32,000 nucleotides of DNA, taken from contig JABUBF010000006.1 of NCBI GenBank assembly GCA_013306035.1, positions 1-32,000 on the forward strand. Direction: 5' to 3'. Origin of the DNA: Nitrososphaerota archaeon (GTDB taxonomy: Archaea; Thermoproteota; Nitrososphaeria; Nitrososphaerales; UBA57). This document shows, piece after piece, positions 17,454 through 24,150 of the stretch. Below the pieces are notes generated by a model. The model had not been told where the DNA came from. It ran no database searches and saw nothing but the letters and a program-made list of their open reading frames with translations. The position numbers and the translations under genes were made by a program. Each line of letters starts with the position of its first letter. The stretch's first letter is position 1.

Positions 17454-17472
17454 AGGGCTTATGCTCGACGAA
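17454..17472 (+). other. tRNA intron 3 (19 nt, between nt 53/54)
   Basis: Central helix CGTC (17448-51) / GACG (17467-70), bulges GGA (17452-54) and AAT (17471-73). The inner hairpin is GGGC/GCTC with a TTAT loop. Confidence 0.75.
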
Positions 17473-17478
17473 TTCAAA

Positions 17479-17499
17479 TTGGATAAAAATCCATGAATG
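17479..17499 (+). other. tRNA intron 4 (21 nt, between nt 59/60)
   Basis: Central helix TTCA (17473-76) / TGAA (17494-97), bulges AAT (17477-79) and TGT (17498-500). The inner hairpin is TGGAT/ATCCA with an AAAA loop. Confidence 0.75.
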
Positions 17500-17583
17500 T
17501 CCGACCCGCGGGACCATTTTTATTAACTATAATTTGATTTTGAAAAAATTATTCACTTTCTATAAATCTATTCGAATTAGAAA

Positions 17584-17600
17584 ATATATATATATAAAAG
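17584..17600 (+). promoter_or_regulatory. TATA-box-like element upstream of the aEF-1alpha gene
   Basis: ATATATATATATAAAAG lies about 30-40 nt upstream of the TTG start at 17628, consistent with archaeal TATA spacing and a short leader. Confidence 0.35.
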
Positions 17601-17627
17601 ATATCACTGAATTATTAGGTATTAATA

Positions 17628-18935
17628 TTGGCAGAAAAACCCCATCTTAATTTAATTGTAGCAGGTCATGTAGACCAAGGTAAATCTACTATAATTGGTC
17701 ACCTTCTTGTTGACCTCAAAGTCATTGACGAACGAACTATTGACAAATATGCAGAAGAATCTGAAAAAACAGGTAAAGGTGATACATTCAAGTACGCATG
17801 GGTTATGGATAATCTGAAAGACGAAAGAGAACGTGGTGTTACTATTGACTTGGCTTTTAAGAAATTTGAAACTCCAAAATTTGATTTTACACTTATTGAT
17901 GCACCTGGACACAGAGATTTTATTAAAAATATGATTACTGGTGCTTCTGAAGCAGATGCCGCTGTTCTTTGTGTTTCTGGTAAACCTGGAGAAACAGAAA
18001 TTGCTATTGGTGTAGGCGGACAATCTAGAGAACACTGCTTCTTACTCAAAACTTTAGGTGTAAAACAAATGATTGTTGCCATTAATAAAATGGATGCCAC
18101 TGAAGTCGGTTATAAAAAAGAAAGATATGAAGAAGTAAAAGTTAAAGTTGAAGAAATGATAAAAAGTGTTGGTTGGGATGTCTCAAAGACTCCTATTATC
18201 CCTGTTTCAGGATGGAAGGGTGATAACCTCATCCATAAGGGAGATAATCTTGCATGGTATGACGGTAAAACTATTTACCAAGCATTTGATGATTTCGAAG
18301 TAATCGCACCCCCTGTTGATAAACCATTGAGACTTCCACTTCAGGATGTCTACTCTATTACTGGTGTTGGAACTGTTCCAGTCGGAAGAGTCGAAACTGG
18401 TACATTCAAAGTAGGAGACAAAGTTATTATCATGCCTAGTGGCGCAATTGCTGAAGTAAAATCTATTGAATCTCATCATGTTGATATGAAACAAGCATCT
18501 GCAGGCGATAATATTGGATTTAACCTTCGTGGCGTTGATAAAAAGGACATTCGTCGTGGTGATGTAATTGGCCCGGTCGATAACCCACCTAAAGTTGCTA
18601 AAGAATTTACCGCACAGATCATTGTTGTACATCATCCTACTGCTATAGCCCCTGGCTATACTCCTGTTATACATGCACATACTTCACAAGCTGCTGCAAC
18701 TATAACAGAATTAGTTTCTAAACTTGATGCACGAACTGGAGGTGTTTTAGAAGAAAAACCTAAAGCACTAAAAACTGGAGATGCTGCAATTGTAAAGATT
18801 CAACCATTAAGACCATTATGCCTTGAAACATTTACTGAATTTCCACAACTGGGAAGATTTGCACTAAGAGATATGGGTACAACCATAGCTGCTGGTGTAG
18901 TTAAAGAAATCAATGCAGAATGGGACCTAAAATAA
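17628..18935 (+). CDS. tuf: Translation elongation factor aEF-1 alpha
   Basis: KPHLNLIVAGHVDQGKST (G1), DAPGHRDF (G3) and NKMD (G4) in a 435-aa full-length architecture. The start is TTG. Confidence 0.95.
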   Translation: MAEKPHLNLIVAGHVDQGKSTIIGHLLVDLKVIDERTIDKYAEESEKTGKGDTFKYAWVMDNLKDERERGVTIDLAFKKFETPKFDFTLIDAPGHRDFIKNMITGASEADAAVLCVSGKPGETEIAIGVGGQSREHCFLLKTLGVKQMIVAINKMDATEVGYKKERYEEVKVKVEEMIKSVGWDVSKTPIIPVSGWKGDNLIHKGDNLAWYDGKTIYQAFDDFEVIAPPVDKPLRLPLQDVYSITGVGTVPVGRVETGTFKVGDKVIIMPSGAIAEVKSIESHHVDMKQASAGDNIGFNLRGVDKKDIRRGDVIGPVDNPPKVAKEFTAQIIVVHHPTAIAPGYTPVIHAHTSQAAATITELVSKLDARTGGVLEEKPKALKTGDAAIVKIQPLRPLCLETFTEFPQLGRFALRDMGTTIAAGVVKEINAEWDLK

Positions 18936-18950
18936 ACTCTATTAATTCTT

Positions 18951-18981
18951 GATGTTAATATCAATTCATTATATTAACATC
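18951..18981 (+). terminator. Perfect 11-bp inverted repeat (GATGTTAATAT-9 nt-ATATTAACATC) 15 nt after the tuf stop; terminator hairpin or operator
   Basis: Read directly: arms 18951-61 and 18971-81 are exact reverse complements. A T-rich stretch follows. Confidence 0.3.
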
Positions 18982-19066
18982 ATTAATTTTATATATGATT
19001 TATTATAAATACCTAATTTTTTATTAAATAATAATATCTGTAGCCAATACTTTAATATATTCTTGA

Positions 19067-20140
19067 ATGTATAACCTAGTGATTAATTTGACGTCGGTAA
19101 GTTTAAAGAATATTTCTAAACGTTTTAAAAATGCAGAATCTGACGCTGTTTCAAATGTTGATCTAACAATTGAAAATAAAGAATTTTTAGTTATCTTAGG
19201 ACCTTCTGGAAGTGGTAAATCTTCATTATTACGTCTAATTGCCGGTCTAGAAGAATCAACTTCTGGCGAAATATACTTTGGAAACGAATTAATGAATGAT
19301 GTATCTCCTCGTGAACGTGATGTGTCTATGGTCTTCCAAAACTTTGCTTTATTCCCAAATATGACTGTTTTTGAAAATATTGCTTTTCCTATACGTGCTT
19401 CAGGAAAGGATACTACAAATCTTGGCGATGAAGTTAAACGAATTGCTAGTTTGTTACAGATAGAAAACCTCTTAAAAAGAAAACCTGGTGCATTGAGTGG
19501 CGGTGAACAACAACGTGTTTCCCTTGGTCGTGCTATAATTAAAAAACCAAAGATATTTCTTATGGACGAACCTTTGTCCAACCTTGACGCATCTCTCCGT
19601 GCTGAATTGCGCGCAGAAATTAAAAAACTTCATAAAAAATTAGGTATAACTTTCATTTATGTTACACATGATCAGACTGAAGCTATGACTATGGCAGACC
19701 GTATTGCATTAATTAAAGATGGAAAAATACTCCAAGTTGATAAACCTGAAAAAATCTATAATTCACCAAATCAATCTTGGATTGGATCATTCCTTGGTTC
19801 GCCTCCAATGAACCTTATTCATTCTGTTAATTCAGGTAACTCTTTAATTATTGCGTCACAAAAAATCAATTTCAAGTCTTCTGTAAAAAGTAATAAAGTT
19901 GTGGTAGGAATCAGACCTGAAAAGATATATATAACTTCTGAAAAAGGCAGACTTACTGGTTCAGTTTTATCTACTGAATATCTAGGCGATAGTAAAATCA
20001 TTAACGTGAAATTAGACGATTACATCATAAAAGTTAAAGTCCCAAATGATTCAGTGTTCTCCAACGACCACGTTATTAATCTGGATTTCTCAGATAACGA
20101 TATAAGATTATTTGATATAGATGGCAAACATTTAGGGTGA
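19067..20140 (+). CDS. ABC transporter ATP-binding protein (MalK/UgpC/PotA-like, with C-terminal regulatory/TOBE-like domain)
   Basis: Walker A GPSGSGKS, Q-loop, signature LSGGEQQR, Walker B IFLMDEP and H-loop VTHD. A 120-aa C-terminal extension follows. Confidence 0.9.
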   Translation: MYNLVINLTSVSLKNISKRFKNAESDAVSNVDLTIENKEFLVILGPSGSGKSSLLRLIAGLEESTSGEIYFGNELMNDVSPRERDVSMVFQNFALFPNMTVFENIAFPIRASGKDTTNLGDEVKRIASLLQIENLLKRKPGALSGGEQQRVSLGRAIIKKPKIFLMDEPLSNLDASLRAELRAEIKKLHKKLGITFIYVTHDQTEAMTMADRIALIKDGKILQVDKPEKIYNSPNQSWIGSFLGSPPMNLIHSVNSGNSLIIASQKINFKSSVKSNKVVVGIRPEKIYITSEKGRLTGSVLSTEYLGDSKIINVKLDDYIIKVKVPNDSVFSNDHVINLDFSDNDIRLFDIDGKHLG

Positions 20141-21027
20141 CTAACTTGAAAGTTCCATATATCTTTCTTATTCCATGTCTTGTTATAATCTTCCTCACAC
20201 TTGTAGGTCCCGTATTACAGTCATTTCTTTTGAGCTTATCGGAGTTTTCATTAGTCAATCCTTCACAAGCTCCTGTCGGATTTCAAAATTATATTGCACT
20301 TTTATCTGATTCGATATTCTGGAAATCAATTCAAGTTACTTTGTTTTTAGTTTTTGGTTCAGTAGTTATTGAATTCGTAGTTGGCATATTCCTTGCATTA
20401 TTAATCACAAGTTCAGGACCAAGAGCTAGAAGTATATTTTCATCAATTTTTATAATTCCTATTGCAATTGCTCCAATAGTTGTAGGTATTTTATGGTCTC
20501 CAAACTCTGTTTTTGACGATCTTAATACTTTGCTGTATTATGGCCTTTCACTTGGAGTATATATTGATACTACTCGACCGTTTATCTATTATTCGCTAAT
20601 TATGATTTCTGACGCTTATATTTGGGCTCCACTCCTAATGTTAGTTACAGTTGCAATCATTCGTTCAATCCCAAGAGAGCAATATGAAGCTGCTGAGGTT
20701 ATGGGAGCTTCTTCTTGGACTAAATTTAACAAAATAACTTTTCCTGCAATCATCTCGTCTCCAGCAATAATTGTAACTTTACTTCTAAGAATGGCTGATG
20801 CATTTAGAATGTTCGAAATTCCTTATGCGTGGAATTTCTGGCTTGGACAAGATTCTGAACTGGGCGCGTCTGTAGACACTGTTAGTGTTTTAATGTGGAA
20901 AATGTTCTCATCTACTATGTATGATTTTCCTATCGCACAAATTACTACAATTGCAATTGTTCTATTAATTATGACATTATCTATTTGCGCACTTGTCTTA
21001 AAAAGGTCTTCTACTTTACTGGATTGA
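20137..21027 (+). CDS. ABC transporter permease (MalF/UgpA/PotB-type)
   Basis: 6 TM segments and the EAA loop EAAEVMGASSWTKFNKITFP. The GTG start overlaps the ATPase stop (GTGA). Confidence 0.85.
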   Translation: MTNLKVPYIFLIPCLVIIFLTLVGPVLQSFLLSLSEFSLVNPSQAPVGFQNYIALLSDSIFWKSIQVTLFLVFGSVVIEFVVGIFLALLITSSGPRARSIFSSIFIIPIAIAPIVVGILWSPNSVFDDLNTLLYYGLSLGVYIDTTRPFIYYSLIMISDAYIWAPLLMLVTVAIIRSIPREQYEAAEVMGASSWTKFNKITFPAIISSPAIIVTLLLRMADAFRMFEIPYAWNFWLGQDSELGASVDTVSVLMWKMFSSTMYDFPIAQITTIAIVLLIMTLSICALVLKRSSTLLD

Positions 21028-21030
21028 TGA

Positions 21031-21909
21031 ATGATGAGTCAAACTAATAAAAATAATTCTCGATATATCAGATACATATTATTAATATTTGCATCTCTTT
21101 GGGTTCTATGGCCTATCTCAATTATGATTGAGGAAGGATTTCGTGTAGATATAGGTCCAGCGTTTTCTGGACGTGGAGCTAGTTTTGTTGGGGAATTCTT
21201 CCAAGGACAAGGAGGAATTAGATTCACGACTATTGAATACGTTAAAGCACTTAAAGTAGAAGCCTATCCTAGACTACTTGTTAATAGTAGTATAATAGCT
21301 GTCAGCAGTGTAGTTGTTGCTATCCTTGCAGGGCTTCCTGCTGGTTTCACCATGGCCATGTATAAGTTTCGTGGTAAGACATTCATTACTTATGCGTTAC
21401 TTGCAATGAGAACAATCTCTCCATTTGCAGTATTATTGCCATTCTTCTTGATATATGGAAGACTGGGATTGTTTGATACATATCAGGGTATGGCCTTCGT
21501 TTATCTGATCATTAATTTACCAATAATCACTATGATGATGAGAGGATTCTTTAAAGATATTCCAAAAGAAATATTTGAAGCTGCATTTATGTCTGGCGCA
21601 TCTGACTCGTATATCTTAAGAAAAGTAGCATTACCTTTGGCCTTACCTGGTCTTGCAGCAGCAGCTGTATTTGCTTTTGTTGGTACTTGGAATGAATTCT
21701 TTTATGCATTATTCTTAACTGGCACAGTAACCAAAACCGTTTCACGTGGTGTATGGTCTGGTTTCTCTGAATCAATTGAATCTTTCAAAATCCTCGAATT
21801 TGACGAACTAAATGCAGGTGGCACTCTTGCTATTATTCCCGCAGTTATACTTTCACTTGCAGTTCAAAGATATCTTGCTCGGGGAGTTACTCTTGGTGCT
21901 GCAGAATGA
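21031..21909 (+). CDS. ABC transporter permease (MalG/UgpE/PotC-type)
   Basis: 6 TM segments and the EAA loop EAAFMSGASDSYILRKVALP. Confidence 0.85.
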   Translation: MMSQTNKNNSRYIRYILLIFASLWVLWPISIMIEEGFRVDIGPAFSGRGASFVGEFFQGQGGIRFTTIEYVKALKVEAYPRLLVNSSIIAVSSVVVAILAGLPAGFTMAMYKFRGKTFITYALLAMRTISPFAVLLPFFLIYGRLGLFDTYQGMAFVYLIINLPIITMMMRGFFKDIPKEIFEAAFMSGASDSYILRKVALPLALPGLAAAAVFAFVGTWNEFFYALFLTGTVTKTVSRGVWSGFSESIESFKILEFDELNAGGTLAIIPAVILSLAVQRYLARGVTLGAAE

Positions 21910-23267
21910 TGGAATCACGAAATAATCAAATTGCCATAGCAGTAGCATTAATTCTGCTTCTCGGAACTGTTGTTGTTTATTTTTCACTAGGACCATCTGT
22001 TACTGTTGACGTTCTTCCATCTGGAGAAAACGAATTAATTTCGTTAGCTCAAGAATCAGGTCGATTGAATATATTTGTAGACGATGAAATTTATGACGAA
22101 TCATTTTTCAATTACATAGATAATGAATTTTCTACTAAATATGGTATTGATGTAGAAATCACAACTGGACATTGGTCTGGTATACAGACATCATTGATTA
22201 ATGAAAAAGTTTCTGGACGTAATTCTGGTTCCTTTGATTTAGTTATACTTAATGACGAAGCAACTGCACGTTTAATCGAGAAAAAATTAACATTTTCACA
22301 AACGGGCAGTATTATTTCTGATATTTCGACTAGTCCTGTTACTGACGAAGTACTAAAGTCAAAGATCGCTGGTGTTGATAACGATGGTTCAGGTATAACT
22401 TTGTGGTTTGATGTATATTCTTACATGTATAATTCAGAAGAATTTTATAAATTTGAAAATGTATATTGTTACTTAGGATTAGTTGGCGAAGATGACGACG
22501 ACGACGATGACGACGGTTCAGGAAGTGGAGATGATGACGACGACGAAGACCGATGTCCTACTGCCGAAGATCATGATGACGATGATGACAATAACGGTTC
22601 AGGAAGCGGAAACGATGACGATGATGATGACGAAGTAGAAGGCGTCTTTTTCCCTAGTCCAGTTGACGATAAAGCAGGCGCGGCATTAGTTGTAAATACA
22701 GTCCTTCACTATGGAAGCTCTGGATATTATGAATCATTCTATGACTCTTCATTAGAATCTGAATGGCCAGAATTATTGAACTTTGAAATTGAGGACGAAC
22801 CTGAAATGGAAGGAATGGATGAGTTATTTGGCGAAATTGAACCAGAACTTGATATGAGTTCCATTCTTGAAGTCTTTGACGACGAAGAGGTTCTAGTCGG
22901 ATACTTTAGATACGGCTCCATTTTACTTGAATCAATTCAAGGAGAAATTAGCGATGAGATTGAAGTATATTTCGGCATTGAAGGCAGTGTAAAAACCAGT
23001 GTTCATGCAACCATTCCATTTAATTCTCCAAATAAAGCTGCTGCGACTTTGATGATTAATGAAATCCTTGGCGAAAATTCACAACGACAGATTGCGACGA
23101 TTTACGGAAGTTATCCGTCTGCTAATGCTGAAATGATCGATGATGTATTTGGCAACGCTCAATTCTTTATTCCATTTGATGATTTTTCTGATTCATTATC
23201 TGAATGGCCTTATTATTCTTATCCAATCAACATTCTTGACATGTGGCGTGTATTATTTGAAGGATAA
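21906..23267 (+). CDS. Membrane-anchored extracytoplasmic solute-binding protein with a large poly-Asp insertion
   Basis: The ATGA start/stop overlaps the permease gene. There is an N-terminal anchor IAIAVALILLLGTVVVYF. The C-terminal IPFNSPNKAAATLMINEILGENSQ resembles the conserved SBP family-1 segment (IP..A.N...A..FINFLLS.E.Q). The acidic insert spans 22488-22640. Confidence 0.6.
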   Translation: MMESRNNQIAIAVALILLLGTVVVYFSLGPSVTVDVLPSGENELISLAQESGRLNIFVDDEIYDESFFNYIDNEFSTKYGIDVEITTGHWSGIQTSLINEKVSGRNSGSFDLVILNDEATARLIEKKLTFSQTGSIISDISTSPVTDEVLKSKIAGVDNDGSGITLWFDVYSYMYNSEEFYKFENVYCYLGLVGEDDDDDDDDGSGSGDDDDDEDRCPTAEDHDDDDDNNGSGSGNDDDDDDEVEGVFFPSPVDDKAGAALVVNTVLHYGSSGYYESFYDSSLESEWPELLNFEIEDEPEMEGMDELFGEIEPELDMSSILEVFDDEEVLVGYFRYGSILLESIQGEISDEIEVYFGIEGSVKTSVHATIPFNSPNKAAATLMINEILGENSQRQIATIYGSYPSANAEMIDDVFGNAQFFIPFDDFSDSLSEWPYYSYPINILDMWRVLFEG

Positions 23268-23270
23268 ATT

Positions 23271-23717
23271 ATGATTGATTCTATTCTTCATAAAGGAAAT
23301 AATATTCTAAATAAATTAAACAAAAAGAATGTCACTGCTATAGTTCTTGTTTTTCTTTTACTATTCGTCTTCTCATTAAGATACAATGCAATAAATCTGA
23401 GTAATCAATATACTTCTGATTTAGAATTCGAAATTCGTAATATCCCAAAAGATCAACTTTATAATGCGTCTTTCATTCACAAAGTTCCAGTATCGATACT
23501 TACTGTAGAAGGAAATGGAAAATCTATTGAAATCAAATATGTAACTCTTGTTAATCTGATATCCGGAAAACATTATATTGATCTTAGCGATTATGACAAT
23601 TTTGATTCCATTAAAACTAAAAACTACTATTTACCGGGAAAATATACTGTATACGTTACGATTGAAGATAATGTCTTACAGCTCGAATATGAAAGGTATA
23701 TAGGACGACTTGCCTAA
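23271..23717 (+). CDS. Hypothetical membrane-anchored protein, last gene of the ABC operon
   Basis: 148-aa ORF starting 3 nt after the SBP stop. It has one N-terminal TM helix (VTAIVLVFLLLFVF) and a beta-rich remainder. Confidence 0.4.
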   Translation: MIDSILHKGNNILNKLNKKNVTAIVLVFLLLFVFSLRYNAINLSNQYTSDLEFEIRNIPKDQLYNASFIHKVPVSILTVEGNGKSIEIKYVTLVNLISGKHYIDLSDYDNFDSIKTKNYYLPGKYTVYVTIEDNVLQLEYERYIGRLA

Positions 23718-23736
23718 GTTTAATATCTTAATTCCT

Positions 23737-24141
23737 TTAAAATTTCTTAGTAACTTTCTTTATGTGATTTATTATCGTATCCATTGATGTTCCAGGACCA
23801 AAATTACCTGTAATACCATTTTTCTCTAATTCTTCTTTATCTTCTTCAGGTATTATCCCTCCACCAATTATTGCTATGTCATTTACTCCTTTATTCTCGA
23901 GATATTTCTTTACTTCTGGAAAAGCTGTTAAATGAGCTCCATTGTGCAGACTTAATGCTATTGCGTCTACATCTTCATCAATCGCTATACTTGCAACCTG
24001 TTCAGGCGTTGGTAATAATCCGCTATAAATAACTTCCATCCCCGCATCTCTAAATGCCCTGCATAAAACCAAAACTCCTCTGTCATGAGCATCTAACCCT
24101 GGTTTTGCAACTAATATTCTGATCTTTTGTGCCATTGACAA
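23737..24141 (-). CDS. Methylmalonyl-CoA mutase small subunit (B12-binding domain)
   Basis: The KPGLDAHDRG (DxHxxG cobalamin-binding motif) and GGGIIP patterns, 134 aa, downstream of the catalytic subunit. Confidence 0.9.
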   Translation of the reverse strand: MSMAQKIRILVAKPGLDAHDRGVLVLCRAFRDAGMEVIYSGLLPTPEQVASIAIDEDVDAIALSLHNGAHLTAFPEVKKYLENKGVNDIAIIGGGIIPEEDKEELEKNGITGNFGPGTSMDTIINHIKKVTKKF

Positions 24142-24150
24142 TCTATCCTT

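Larger units (their letters stand above)
17343..17516 (+). tRNA. tRNA-Tyr (anticodon GTA at 17390-17392) with four predicted introns and encoded CCA
   Basis: Hand fold. Acceptor CCCGCGG (17343-49) pairs with CCGCGGG (17506-12), followed by A73, CCA and a T-run. After removing 17366-78, 17394-437, 17454-72 and 17479-99, the 77-nt product forms a perfect cloverleaf. Its parts are D stem GCTC/GAGC, G18G19, anticodon stem TCCGG/CCGGA, loop CTGTAGA, variable loop CTGTC, T arm GTCGG-TTCAAAT-CCGAC. C1:G72 plus A73 is the archaeal/eukaryal Tyr identity set. Confidence 0.85.

Noticed and set aside
17295-17517. Two minus-strand ORFs (60 and 63 aa) from the track, and my first thought that the GC-rich island might be SRP RNA or another structured ncRNA
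   Set aside because: The region folds convincingly as an intron-containing tRNA-Tyr on the plus strand. The ORFs are by-products of the locally high GC content. I found no SRP helix-8 or Alu-domain motifs.
17301-17520. Integrated mobile element using the tRNA as an att site (short duplicate of the tRNA end upstream)
   Set aside because: The duplicate is only 10-12 nt and lies 30 nt upstream of the tRNA. No integrase or foreign-looking genes flank it, and the neighbours are core genes (PCD, aEF-1alpha).
17652-18680. Three long antisense ORFs (127, 133 and 157 aa) inside the aEF-1alpha gene
   Set aside because: The plus strand carries an unambiguous full-length EF-1alpha. The antisense translations are low-complexity and have no recognisable motifs.
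19024-19581. 185-aa minus-strand ORF overlapping the ABC ATPase
   Set aside because: It is opposite a gene with all the ABC motifs. The antisense product has no features, so it is most likely a shadow ORF.
21024-21040. TGATGA strings checked as possible C/D-box sRNA C boxes (also at 1540, 21535, 22541 and 29685)
   Set aside because: All of them lie inside or at the junctions of protein-coding genes. None has a correctly spaced CTGA D box or terminal stem.
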